A stretch of 26,803 nt of DNA from positions 1-26,803 of IMG/VR virus record IMGVR_UViG_3300020043_003340; one strand, 5' to 3'. Position 1 is the stretch's first letter. Each line of letters starts with the position of its first letter. This document shows, piece after piece, positions 16,520-25,488 of the stretch. The position numbers and the translations under genes were made by a program. Under the pieces are notes generated by a model, which searched no databases, was not told the DNA's origin, and was given only the letters and a program-made list of their open reading frames with translations. The DNA is from a virus. Its lineage: Duplodnaviria; Caudoviricetes.

Positions 16520-17101
16520 TTAGAACTCATTTATAAGGCAATAAGATACTTTGTGTGGGTAATCCCTAAATAATCGCATTATCTCTTTGTACTTTACAGG
16601 TTGGTTTGGCACTTGACAACCAGCGCTCCAACCGTTAATAGCGGTTTTTTCTACCGTGGTGTTAATGTTGTGGTCGTTTAAGTGAAAGTTGATGCCGTAA
16701 AAACCCCATTTCGGTTCTCCGAGTTCTTCGCTCTTTCCGTCTTTGTCGCCGTCACGGTAAACTTTCATTTTAGCACCTCGTTGTAACAACGCGTCAATCT
16801 TACCGCGATGCTTTCCAAAAACCCAAACGTCGTAGTACCATTCGTTAGCTGCTAAAATCGCTGCGCCTTCTGAATTGAATTTGTAATGGTTTTTAAGGAT
16901 TGAAACGCCTGGGTTTGTTGTTCCCGTGATCATTCGAATAAACTTTTCACCTTGGTAAATGTAAAACTTATCGTCGAACGCGTTCGGAATGTCAGCTTTG
17001 GAACGTACGCCCAAAATCCAAAGGGTCTTAGGGATGCTTTTAAAAGACGAAAGTTCCTTTACTTTGTCTAGTAGTTCTTTGTCGGTGTATTCTCTGACCA
17101 T
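16520..17101 (-). CDS. Putative endolysin with a YkuD/L,D-transpeptidase-like His/Cys motif, 193 aa
   Basis: GINFH-x18-SAGCQV, located at the end of the late operon near the holin. Confidence 0.6.
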   Translation of the reverse strand: MVREYTDKELLDKVKELSSFKSIPKTLWILGVRSKADIPNAFDDKFYIYQGEKFIRMITGTTNPGVSILKNHYKFNSEGAAILAANEWYYDVWVFGKHRGKIDALLQRGAKMKVYRDGDKDGKSEELGEPKWGFYGINFHLNDHNINTTVEKTAINGWSAGCQVPNQPVKYKEIMRLFRDYPHKVSYCLINEF

Positions 17102-17105
17102 AGTT

Positions 17106-17417
17106 TTAAATTAAATCAATTAATACTTCGTAACCTAGTTGCTCGTAAGCTGTTTTCGCGTAGTTATGAGCCGTTTCAAGGCTTTGTTGTTCAGTTGGCT
17201 CAATCGTAAAGTTTAACACCTGTGTAGGGGTGTTTGTGGAAACAATACGACCTTCGTTAAACGTTGCTTTGCTTATATAAGTAGTCGGGTAAATTTCCAA
17301 CGTTGCACCGTCCGCTTTCGCCACGAATTCAAGCCGCGCGTAAACCTCGGTTAACTCTAATTCAGTGCCCGAAATATTGATTTTTAGGCTTTCCGTTGCT
17401 TTGATTATTAGTGCCAT
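17106..17417 (-). CDS. Hypothetical protein following the tail fibre, 103 aa
   Basis: Coupled ORF (TAATG). Confidence 0.6.
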   Translation of the reverse strand: MALIIKATESLKINISGTELELTEVYARLEFVAKADGATLEIYPTTYISKATFNEGRIVSTNTPTQVLNFTIEPTEQQSLETAHNYAKTAYEQLGYEVLIDLI

Positions 17418-18454
17418 TAGTCTATTCGTTTATATTTTAAAATTGAGCCTTTCCATGTTCGTGCTGTTTGTGCTGCGGTGGCTGTATTTTGTGCAAATTG
17501 ATATCTAAATGTAGCGTTTGCCGAAGCTGTAAAAGAGTAAATAACTTTTATACTAAGCAATCCGTCTAAATCATTCATAATAGTACCAATGGTTAAATTT
17601 GTACTTGTTGCTGCTGCATTTGCATTGTATAAAAAAGTACCAGCATTTCCCGCTTGACTGGTTCCTATTAATAAACCGTGTGCTTTTTGAGTTCCCGCGC
17701 TTACATTAAAAGCATTTTTGTAGTCACCCGCTGTGCTACTTGACGAAATAACAGCGTCTAACTCAATCATGTAATGCCCTCCCGCCACAACACTAAACTG
17801 TAAATCAGTATCGGTTACAAGCGTTGCACTATTCGTAACGTCTTGGTTTGCACTCTTTACAATGGTAGTCCATCCCTCGGGGTCGGGAATTGGAAGGTTT
17901 CCCGCGCCTAAAATTGAACTGCCTCCAACCGTTTTAATATTTGTACCCGAAATTAAGGTGTCTTGTTTTAAGCCTATCGCGGTCGCTTGTGCGGTACTTA
18001 CGGGCTTATCTACGTCGCTTGTATTGTCTACGTTGCTTAAACCAACGTCAGACTTCGTTAAATCAATATTGCCCGAACCAAGCAAACTTTGACCTTCTAT
18101 GGTTTTAAGGTTAACACCCGAAACCAAAGCGTCTTGTTTAAGGTTATAGGTTGATTTTTCCGCGTCTGTTACAAAACGATGGCTAGTGTCTTGAGTTACT
18201 TTTGTTGCCGCTACGTCGTTTATTTTGGCGTTGTTTACCGCAAGGTTGTCAATAGTCCAAACCGTACCCGAACCGCTTACCGTAATATCGCCTTTGTCGC
18301 CATCCGAAATACCACCGCCGCCCGAAATAGGAAGGTCGCCACTACCCAACAAAGAGTTACCGTTAACCGTCTTTATGTTAACGCCCGAAACCAAAGCGTC
18401 TTGTTTGTCCGCTTCTAATTCGTCAACCTTTCGCCATGTGGACTTTAACGCCAT
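17417..18454 (-). CDS. Tail fibre/appendage-like protein, 345 aa
   Basis: Three KQDxLxSGxNxKTxxGxSxLGxGx repeats, DGDKGDITVS and VGLSNVDNTSDVDKPVSTA fibre-type motifs, and a beta-rich C-terminal domain. Confidence 0.75.
   Translation of the reverse strand: MALKSTWRKVDELEADKQDALVSGVNIKTVNGNSLLGSGDLPISGGGGISDGDKGDITVSGSGTVWTIDNLAVNNAKINDVAATKVTQDTSHRFVTDAEKSTYNLKQDALVSGVNLKTIEGQSLLGSGNIDLTKSDVGLSNVDNTSDVDKPVSTAQATAIGLKQDTLISGTNIKTVGGSSILGAGNLPIPDPEGWTTIVKSANQDVTNSATLVTDTDLQFSVVAGGHYMIELDAVISSSSTAGDYKNAFNVSAGTQKAHGLLIGTSQAGNAGTFLYNANAAATSTNLTIGTIMNDLDGLLSIKVIYSFTASANATFRYQFAQNTATAAQTARTWKGSILKYKRID
18110..18406. repeat. 30-bp direct repeat within the fibre gene (18110-18139 and 18377-18406)
   Basis: gttaac[a/g]cccgaaaccaaagcgtcttgttt, 29/30 identical, with a degenerate third copy near 17945-17968. 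Confidence 0.85.
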
Positions 18455-18870
18455 TATTTACGGTTTTCGCGTGTTCGTTGAACGAATACAAAGAACGCCC
18501 TCCAAAGGTTCTTTCCCGTTACTTCTTTGTAGCTTTCACTCATGCTTTTTACTTCTGTCATTAAGCAAAATAAAGTAAAGAGTTTGGTAAGCATAAATTG
18601 GACGTTTGTGTAGTTCTGAAACACGTCAGCCAAAATGAACTTTTCCGCAAGGAAAATAACGATAATAGCACCCACGTACAAAAGGCTTTTGGTAATGGTG
18701 TCGCTCAACCTTCGGCTTCGTACCGCTTTCCATCCGTCTTTCCGTACCGTTTTCCAAATCCCGAAATAGGTATCTAAAACAATCGCAAAAAACGCCATTA
18801 ATATAAGCGGCTTAATCGGTGTTAAAAGTGCGGCTAAACCGCCTAAAAGAGTTGTAATGTATGCTTTCAT
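18454..18870 (-). CDS. Holin (Phage_holin_4-like), 138 aa
   Basis: Several hydrophobic helices, and a LDTYFGIWK...SRRLSDTITK...EVKSMSE pattern. Confidence 0.8.
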   Translation of the reverse strand: MKAYITTLLGGLAALLTPIKPLILMAFFAIVLDTYFGIWKTVRKDGWKAVRSRRLSDTITKSLLYVGAIIVIFLAEKFILADVFQNYTNVQFMLTKLFTLFCLMTEVKSMSESYKEVTGKNLWRAFFVFVQRTRENRK

Positions 18871-19319
18871 TATAGGTATTTGGTTACGTGTATGTGTGCG
18901 GATGGAATAACCCCATCAACGGGAAGCCCCGCTAAGTCGTAAGTAAAAATAGTTACTTCGTTTACGTTAGTTATTTGAGTTCGTAAAATGGAATTTGCTG
19001 CTAAACTATTTACGTTTACTTGTACTTCTTCAAAACCTGTGGTTAATTCGCTATTAAACCCCTGTAAAACATATTCCCCAACACCATTATAAGCGGTTGC
19101 ATAAGTGCCCCCGAAGTCGTCCTTAATTACTGTAATATTAGGAGCCAATACACCTACTTGTTCAATACGTGCAATGAACTCTTTTTTACTTACGCTTTCG
19201 GCAAGGTTGGCGGTTATGTACTTTGTTTCGTATGCGCTAACCCCGTCGTATTGACTAATTAGAAGTAAGTCGTCGTTGGTTAGGTTTGTCGCTTGTGTGA
19301 ATTCGGAGAACTTTTTCAT
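18870..19319 (-). CDS. Putative structural protein, 149 aa
   Basis: KFSEFTQATNLTNDDLLLISQ N-terminus typical of fibre/decoration proteins. Late operon. Confidence 0.55.
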   Translation of the reverse strand: MKKFSEFTQATNLTNDDLLLISQYDGVSAYETKYITANLAESVSKKEFIARIEQVGVLAPNITVIKDDFGGTYATAYNGVGEYVLQGFNSELTTGFEEVQVNVNSLAANSILRTQITNVNEVTIFTYDLAGLPVDGVIPSAHIHVTKYL

Positions 19320-19389
19320 TATCCAATTTTTGAATGTATAAATTTAACTTGCGTACGTTAGTTGCTTTTGGCTTGTGTTGCTTCTTCAT
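19255..19389 (-). CDS. Small basic protein, 44 aa (not in the ORF track)
   Basis: MKKQHKPKATNVRKLNLYIQKLDNEKVLRIHTSDKPNQRRLTSN*. The ATG overlaps the adaptor TGA, and the 3' end overlaps the next gene by 65 nt. Confidence 0.4.
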   Translation of the reverse strand: MKKQHKPKATNVRKLNLYIQKLDNEKVLRIHTSDKPNQRRLTSN

Positions 19390-19886
19390 AAATACCAACC
19401 ACGAAAAAAGGTGTTTGTATCGGGGAACATATCGGGGGTGCTATTGTCGTTGTACTCGGGGAATAAGTTCGAATAGGTAATCATGTAGTCAATGAAGCGT
19501 TGCGTGTAATGCTGTGCTATACTTCTTTCCTTTTCCACTAAATAATCGACTTCCGACTTTTCCACGTTAGTTGCGTTCTCGGAGTTGTGCTTGTACATTC
19601 CTTTGTTAGCGATTGTGTACGCCGCAAACGGAAGGTACTCGACCATTGCCCAATGGATTAACATAGGTTTAATGTAATCCACTAACAAATCTAAGTACGG
19701 GTTTGCTAACGTGTTGTTTTCAATGTCGTCTTTAAAGCGGTTGAGCAACTGCGTACCAAGGTAGTTTTGAATGTGAATGTCTTGTGCGATTTTGATAAAC
19801 TGAATAAATTTATCGGTGTCTACGTTCCCGCCTAAAGCGGTTAAACGTACTAAATCGTCGCGTGTTATAAGTAATGCTTCTGCCAT
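19386..19886 (-). CDS. Head-tail adaptor-like protein, 166 aa
   Basis: Helical protein with IKIAQDIHIQNYLGTQL, immediately after the portal. Confidence 0.65.
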   Translation of the reverse strand: MAEALLITRDDLVRLTALGGNVDTDKFIQFIKIAQDIHIQNYLGTQLLNRFKDDIENNTLANPYLDLLVDYIKPMLIHWAMVEYLPFAAYTIANKGMYKHNSENATNVEKSEVDYLVEKERSIAQHYTQRFIDYMITYSNLFPEYNDNSTPDMFPDTNTFFRGWYL

Positions 19887-21643
19887 TATCTTGCGTCTTT
19901 TGGTCGGTTACGGTTACGCGGGCTAAATCCCTTGTGCGGAAGATTGTTTGGGTAAACTGACACCTCATAAGGGTTCGTTACTTTGTAGCCTTTAATTTCT
20001 GCCGCTCTTGTTCCTATCTCTTTGTAGCCCTCTTCGATTTTATTTAAGTCAAGCATGAAAGTAACCCGCGCCCATTTGTGATGGCATCTCGCCCCGCCTT
20101 TGTACTTGAAAATATCGTAAGTATTTGCACCCTTTTCACCAAATCCTGGGTTTACCGCTCGGTTACTCATTATGTCAATGTCTTCTTTTCTAAACAACCT
20201 TTCGTTATTCGACATCATTGCCGTGCAAAAATCGCGGTCGGGTTGAGGGTTTCCCGTGTATTTGTAGCGTACTTTGAAGTATTTTAGGTCACCAACTTTT
20301 TTGTCTTGTGAACTCTTTAAATTCGGCATTGGGTTTCCCGTCTGAACAAGGTTAATTAACTTGCTTAGAAGGCTTAATTTCGGCTCCAAATCCGTTTCAG
20401 CGTTTAACAAAGCGTCGTTTAATTCGTCTTCGTTGTCGCCTACTTCCCTTTCATCAACTAAAACCCATTCGTCGCTCAACTGGTTTCTATCAACCTCGTC
20501 CAAAATTGCTTGTAATTCATTCACAGCACTTAGTGCTACTTCTTCTTCGACCTTACCCGAAGCATCCATAAATTCAAGCGGCTTTAAGGTTTCGAAATAT
20601 AGCTTTAAACTGATTCCGTTGTAGGCTAAAATCGTATCGAACGCGTCCAATATTAGTTCTTGGTAAGGTCTTATTACCATGTTGTAATAAAGAACGAAGC
20701 TATTTTTTAACTCGTCAGCGTTTGAACTGAAGCCGTTTGAACTACTAACCCCGAATAAAAGCGGTGAAGTAACGTTATGCCCCAACATTATCTTTCTCAT
20801 GCACTCGTCGGAAAGGTATTCGTAATGCTGCGGGGCATCGTTTAGTGGAATGTCAACTACTTCCGTAGCTTGGTCGCGGTTGTTGTTAAATGAGATAATT
20901 ACTCTTTCGCCTTTTGAACCAGTTAAGCGATTCTTAACCAACCTTTCGGTATCCGACATTTGTTCCTCGGTCGGGATTCCATTGTTAAAATTGATTACTT
21001 TAGTACCGCTAAATCCGTTCTGCACCTCGTTAATTAAATAATCGGCTATTTCTTCCTCTAAAACGGCATACGGAAGCGCCCCTTGGTAATCCACTAACGC
21101 GAAATACTTTAAACCAACCGAATAGGGTTTAACGTACATTATTTCGATTTGCTCGTTGGATGTCCCAAAAGACGGAATACGCTTAGGCGTGAACTTCCGC
21201 GTATCCATCCAATTATCGGAATAGTAATAAGCCTCTATTTCGCCGTCAGCATTGCACTTTTCGGGGCGCAAAAGGTGAACGGGTATGTGGTAAGCCTTTA
21301 ATATTTTCTTGTGGTCTTTCGAGTAATGCACTTGTAAGGCGAATTGCCCTAACATCTTCGCATCCATGATGATTTTACGGGTGCAATCCTTACCGAATAT
21401 AGTACGCATTTGAGCGTATTCAGCGGGTTTTCTCGACGCGTCTAAAGCATTGAGTCCACGCCCGTAAATTAACTTAACTATGTTGTTTATAATGGCGTTA
21501 TTTGTAGGGCTGTAAGTGTACCTATCTATAAGATATTGAAAGTAATTATTGTCTTCGCCGTAGCTTACCCAGTCTTCGCGCCCTTCTTCGTGAACTACGG
21601 GGGTTTCGTATCGTGCTAAATCTACAAATTGTATATTACTCAT
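19886..21643 (-). CDS. Portal protein with a C-terminal extension, 585 aa
   Basis: SPTNNAII, NGFSGTKVI, IMLGHNVTSPLLFG and VIRPYQ portal-type segments, plus about 225 extra C-terminal residues. Confidence 0.8.
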   Translation of the reverse strand: MSNIQFVDLARYETPVVHEEGREDWVSYGEDNNYFQYLIDRYTYSPTNNAIINNIVKLIYGRGLNALDASRKPAEYAQMRTIFGKDCTRKIIMDAKMLGQFALQVHYSKDHKKILKAYHIPVHLLRPEKCNADGEIEAYYYSDNWMDTRKFTPKRIPSFGTSNEQIEIMYVKPYSVGLKYFALVDYQGALPYAVLEEEIADYLINEVQNGFSGTKVINFNNGIPTEEQMSDTERLVKNRLTGSKGERVIISFNNNRDQATEVVDIPLNDAPQHYEYLSDECMRKIMLGHNVTSPLLFGVSSSNGFSSNADELKNSFVLYYNMVIRPYQELILDAFDTILAYNGISLKLYFETLKPLEFMDASGKVEEEVALSAVNELQAILDEVDRNQLSDEWVLVDEREVGDNEDELNDALLNAETDLEPKLSLLSKLINLVQTGNPMPNLKSSQDKKVGDLKYFKVRYKYTGNPQPDRDFCTAMMSNNERLFRKEDIDIMSNRAVNPGFGEKGANTYDIFKYKGGARCHHKWARVTFMLDLNKIEEGYKEIGTRAAEIKGYKVTNPYEVSVYPNNLPHKGFSPRNRNRPKDAR

Positions 21644-21995
21644 AAGTTATGTATTCGTTTGTTGACACGTTCGGAATGTATTTACTTGTATTATTCGGGT
21701 AATTGTTAACGCTAAACGTGCCTAAATTCTGCGAGGTAACAAATACTTTGTCGTAATGTATTAACGTGTTTCCGTAGTACAACGTCATGTCGTACCAATG
21801 CGTTTCGATTAACGCCACATCAACGTCGATTACCAAATCCCAATAGTATTGCCCTTCCGTAAAGCTGATAATATCGAAAACTTGTACGGTGTTCGTTTGA
21901 TCGTCGCGAAATTCGCAAAGGTCGGGAGTCACATCCGTAAACCTCGGAATTAAATTAAGTGTTTTTTGTTCTGCAATAGGTGTTATTACTTGCAT
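21636..21995 (-). CDS. Hypothetical structural protein, 119 aa
   Basis: First gene after a late promoter motif; overlaps the portal start. Confidence 0.65.
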   Translation of the reverse strand: MQVITPIAEQKTLNLIPRFTDVTPDLCEFRDDQTNTVQVFDIISFTEGQYYWDLVIDVDVALIETHWYDMTLYYGNTLIHYDKVFVTSQNLGTFSVNNYPNNTSKYIPNVSTNEYITYE

Positions 21996-22024
21996 AAAAG
22001 AGTAACTAAAAAAACACGAATTGT
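21996..22024 (-). promoter_or_regulatory. Putative phage late promoter, copy 2
   Basis: ACAA-ttcgtgttttttt-AGTTA-ctctttt-ATG, just downstream of a terminator. Confidence 0.7.
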
Positions 22025-22027
22025 TTT

Positions 22028-22057
22028 AAATAACAAAGGGTTGACCGAAGCCAACCC
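22028..22057 (-). terminator. Intrinsic terminator after the tail tube gene
   Basis: GGGUUGGC-UUCG-GUCAACCC with a C(UUCG)G tetraloop, followed by UUUGUUAUUU. Confidence 0.9.
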
Positions 22058-22086
22058 AATGCGGTATTAGAGAATAAAGAGCCTAA

Positions 22087-22644
22087 TTAATTGTCTACAA
22101 TCGTAGCACCACCAAACAAAGAAGCTAAAGAAGTTTCGTCGTTACAATCCAAGAACGGCGCGGGAATATTTTCCATGCCCGTAAAAGTAAGATTATAACC
22201 AGAGAAATCACCCAAAGCCGCTCCCGTTGAGAATGTACCCGCAGTTACGTCGCATCCTCTTTCAAGTCCCGCCAAAAAGAAGTTCAAGTTTCTATCACGA
22301 ACAACGATGTGAGGTCGTCCGTAAGCGAGTAACTTAACCGTTTTGTGCGCGGCGATGTCTTGACGCTTTAATTGAGCGACAACAACTTGTTCGAAAAACG
22401 TAGTTCCGTTGTCGCGTGAACTTTGGATTGTTTGTTCAAAAGAGTTAGCCCCTTTCAACTCAAATTTGTAAAGGTCGGTAACACCCGCAACCGCTGTAAT
22501 TACGTCTTCCTCTCCCGCTACTGCTGAAAAGGTTACGTCGTCGGGGTATTGAATACCGTAGTTAATTATGTAGATAGCGTCAATACCCGAAACCGAATCT
22601 TTACACGCCTCTAACCTTCCGTTTGCTATATCGCATCCTGGCAT
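22087..22644 (-). CDS. Probable major tail (tube) protein, 185 aa
   Basis: Follows the major capsid gene, has its own terminator, and is beta-rich (SRDNGTTFFEQ, GYNLTFTGME). Confidence 0.65.
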   Translation of the reverse strand: MPGCDIANGRLEACKDSVSGIDAIYIINYGIQYPDDVTFSAVAGEEDVITAVAGVTDLYKFELKGANSFEQTIQSSRDNGTTFFEQVVVAQLKRQDIAAHKTVKLLAYGRPHIVVRDRNLNFFLAGLERGCDVTAGTFSTGAALGDFSGYNLTFTGMENIPAPFLDCNDETSLASLFGGATIVDN

Positions 22645-22664
22645 AATATTAATTTTTTAAAGTG

Positions 22665-22689
22665 AAACAAAGGGGGCTTTTAAACCCCC
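22665..22689 (-). terminator. Intrinsic terminator after the major capsid gene
   Basis: GGGGGU-UUAAAA-GCCCCC followed by UUUGUUU. Confidence 0.8.
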
Positions 22690-22698
22690 GTGTAATGA

Positions 22699-23652
22699 TT
22701 AAAGAGATACGTCGTAAACTACGCAGTCCTCCAAAATTCCGATTTGAGTTCCCGCTGTGTAACGTGCAACAAAACGAACGTTTTTGCTTCCGTCGATTGC
22801 AGCCATGTCCAAAACTCGAACCTCGTTATGGTCAGAAAGAAGCCCCGTTCCAAAGAACAAGTTTTCTTTAGTAGTTGCCATCATGGTGTTGTTGTCCATT
22901 CCGTTTGCCATGAATACTGGGATTCCGTCGAAAGTTAAAGCGTTCGCGTTTCCGTTGTACCAAGTAGTACCTTGGTTGTTAATACCCGCAGCACCAACAC
23001 CCGAAGCAAATCCACCAAGCGCACGAACGTAAGCACGAATAACGTTTTGTGGAGCGTAAATTTTCAAACCTTCTTTACCGTAAAGTCTTGAAGGAAGTGC
23101 ATCAACTACTTTTCCAAGTTCGTCAATAACGTTAGTAGCGTCGATAGTTGTTCCTGTTACACCTTGACCAACTGGAATACCCGTTCCAACTTCAGAAAGA
23201 GCCAAAGCAAAAAGCCCGTCGAACTCTCCGTTGTTTAACGCGTTACCAGTCCAAAGAGAAACTTCAGTAGCTTCAGCCATTTGTCCAAGAACACGAGCAA
23301 TAAAGAAATCGGTAAAGTTTTTAGGTAGAACGTCAAACGCAGAATAACCCATTTGCACCGCTTCCCAATCGTCTTCGAATTCTTGCTTACAAATAGTTGT
23401 GTTTACTTGTAGGTATTTCGGTTCGATAATTCTTTCGTTCAAATCGATGGTTCCTGTAGGGTCAAAATCACAAGTTTGGTTTTTGATTAGACCTTCAGAA
23501 CTTACCGTTTTAACGGTTGAACGAAATTTAACGTTAGGCATTACCGTAACACCTCCGTTTTCAATAGTGTTGGCACTTAAAAGCGCCGCCCCAATGTACT
23601 TACCCGCGAATTCACCAGCGTAAGTTGGGTTGTTGTTTACCGTAGTTGGCAT
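22699..23652 (-). CDS. Major capsid protein, 317 aa
   Basis: Follows the scaffold and precedes a terminator. HK97-fold-type segments (EVSLWTG...FDGL, FDGIPVF). Confidence 0.8.
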   Translation of the reverse strand: MPTTVNNNPTYAGEFAGKYIGAALLSANTIENGGVTVMPNVKFRSTVKTVSSEGLIKNQTCDFDPTGTIDLNERIIEPKYLQVNTTICKQEFEDDWEAVQMGYSAFDVLPKNFTDFFIARVLGQMAEATEVSLWTGNALNNGEFDGLFALALSEVGTGIPVGQGVTGTTIDATNVIDELGKVVDALPSRLYGKEGLKIYAPQNVIRAYVRALGGFASGVGAAGINNQGTTWYNGNANALTFDGIPVFMANGMDNNTMMATTKENLFFGTGLLSDHNEVRVLDMAAIDGSKNVRFVARYTAGTQIGILEDCVVYDVSL

Positions 23653-23668
23653 ATCTTAAAATTTAGAA

Positions 23669-24226
23669 TTAATACATTTTGTTTAATACTCGGTCAAGGC
23701 TGCTTTGTGCCTTGTTTTTCTCGTAGCGGAAAACCTCTGACTTCCTTTCTTCGGGGTTGTGGGAGATTGGCTTAACGGAACTTAATTCAACTTGTTCTTT
23801 CAATTTTGCCAATTCAGCTTTCAACTCGTCGTTTTCGGCTTTCATCTTTTCAACCTCGGAAAACAAAGTTTCTTTGATTACGCTTTCGATTGTCTTTTTC
23901 GGTTGACGTGCTTCGGTTGTCATTTCTTCCTCAACTGCGGGTGCTTCTTGTGTTTGTTCTTCTTCGGTTGTTTCTTCCATCTTTTCTTTGATTTCAGCTA
24001 TCAAACCTTCCTCAGAAACTACAAGAATGTACTCGCCACCTTCCAACTCATATTCACCAACGGGCAAAGGTACGTTGCCTTCCTCGGTTACTACAAATAC
24101 CTCCGCTCCCGCTTCGAATACGGGTGCTTCAATTACCGTTGTGCCGTCAATTAAACGGGCTTGTTCGAGTTTCACTTCCATTCCTAAAAGTGTTCGAATT
24201 TTGTTTATTGCTTCGTTTGCTTTCAT
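23669..24226 (-). CDS. Capsid scaffolding protein, 185 aa
   Basis: Very Glu-rich with a coiled-coil C-terminal half, directly upstream of the capsid gene. Confidence 0.7.
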   Translation of the reverse strand: MKANEAINKIRTLLGMEVKLEQARLIDGTTVIEAPVFEAGAEVFVVTEEGNVPLPVGEYELEGGEYILVVSEEGLIAEIKEKMEETTEEEQTQEAPAVEEEMTTEARQPKKTIESVIKETLFSEVEKMKAENDELKAELAKLKEQVELSSVKPISHNPEERKSEVFRYEKNKAQSSLDRVLNKMY

Positions 24227-24227
24227 G

Positions 24228-24629
24228 TTATTTACCTATTGATTTAATTTTAGCTTGAACGTCGTTCATTACACCTTGTAAATCGTCGCCAATCATGTAC
24301 AATTCGCTAATGCCTTTGTCTAAATCGCTACCTGTTAATGGAACTCCCAACTCTTTGCTTAACTTATCCATTTGCGCTCGGTATTTTTGCGCTTCCGCCA
24401 TCATTGCCTTTCCGCTGTTTAAATTTGGTAAAATCTCTGTTAACAACGCATTGACGGCATCAATATTTTTGTTAATTACCCCTTGGGATTTTAAATACTT
24501 TTGATAAACTGCGGTGTAATTTTTTACACGCGTTGCAACGTCTTGAGCTAACGCAAGGTCAACTCTAACCTCGCTTAGTTCCGTGTTTACGGTCAATTCC
24601 GCTACCTTTTTAAATACGAATTTGTTCAT
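24228..24629 (-). CDS. Helical hypothetical head-module protein, 133 aa
   Basis: First gene after late promoter copy 3. Confidence 0.65.
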   Translation of the reverse strand: MNKFVFKKVAELTVNTELSEVRVDLALAQDVATRVKNYTAVYQKYLKSQGVINKNIDAVNALLTEILPNLNSGKAMMAEAQKYRAQMDKLSKELGVPLTGSDLDKGISELYMIGDDLQGVMNDVQAKIKSIGK

Positions 24630-24658
24630 AACAATTTAACTTTTAGATTTATATTTGT
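24630..24658 (-). promoter_or_regulatory. Putative phage late promoter, copy 3
   Basis: ACAA-atataaatctaaa-AGTTA-aattgtt-ATG. Confidence 0.7.
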
Positions 24659-24671
24659 TTCAAAATTTACT

Positions 24672-24863
24672 CTAAGGTGTTGGAGGCGTGGGAGTTACGT
24701 TTGCTTGGTTAATAGCCGTACTGGTTTCACCTCCTAACTTTCCGATGCCTTGTTGCCACATTTCACCGTTGCAGCACTTTGAGTTGTAGGTATTGTCTTT
24801 ACATAAGCAACCGCGCTTTCCTCCGATAGGTGAAGCGGGGAATCGTTCTTCGTTTTTAGGCAT
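24672..24863 (-). CDS. Small Cys-rich protein, 63 aa
   Basis: SPIGGKRGCLCKDNTYNSKCCNG...QGIG motif. Confidence 0.65.
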   Translation of the reverse strand: MPKNEERFPASPIGGKRGCLCKDNTYNSKCCNGEMWQQGIGKLGGETSTAINQANVTPTPPTP

Positions 24864-25488
24864 GGCTTAGTTTTTCAATGAAGTAAATAATATCGTAAAT
24901 TGCACCCGAATGGGATGGCGTAAAGTTTAGTTGGATTCCGCTTGTTTCTGCGGCTGCGTTACAATAGAAGTTAAACGACTTACTGAATACGTGAGCAATC
25001 CCGTTACCCTTTGGAAAGGTTAGAACGTCGGCAATATTTGAGTAATCCGCGTCGGTTGAAACACTAAAAGCAAAATCAGCGTGTCCGTTATTCGTGTTTA
25101 AGTAGGCTTTGAAAGCTACGGTAATGGCGTACGTTGAACCTTCCTCTAAAGTTAATCTTTGGGTTTGGTTGTTATAAGCGTTTAAAGCGTAATTATCAAT
25201 TCTCTCTGCGCTGTTATTTGGAAGCACAAAGACTTGATTTGCTAAAAAGTTGTACGTGTTCTCTTTCGTGTATTGTCCGTCGTCGTATCGCGCCCAACCG
25301 ATTTGTAAGGCTGCGTTGTTGATTGGTGCGACTTGTACCCATTCACCATTAATACCCGCCCAAATTACGCCTTCGCTTTGAATTAACGCTCCGTTTTCGA
25401 TTAAGAGTAGTGCTTTATCTTGACGGGTTACTTGTTCAACTTGAACCGTGTATTGGCTGTTTCTGTTTCTTCTACTTCTTGGTGGCAT
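24856..25488 (-). CDS. Hypothetical (likely structural) protein, 210 aa
   Basis: Arg-rich N-terminus and a beta-rich C-domain starting GWARYDDGQYT, in the head module. Confidence 0.6.
   Translation of the reverse strand: MPPRSRRNRNSQYTVQVEQVTRQDKALLLIENGALIQSEGVIWAGINGEWVQVAPINNAALQIGWARYDDGQYTKENTYNFLANQVFVLPNNSAERIDNYALNAYNNQTQRLTLEEGSTYAITVAFKAYLNTNNGHADFAFSVSTDADYSNIADVLTFPKGNGIAHVFSKSFNFYCNAAAETSGIQLNFTPSHSGAIYDIIYFIEKLSHA

Noticed and set aside
17417-18454. Diversity-generating retroelement target or template repeats
   Set aside because: No reverse transcriptase is present in the window, the repeats are short in-frame internal modules, and there is no pattern of adenine-specific mismatches.
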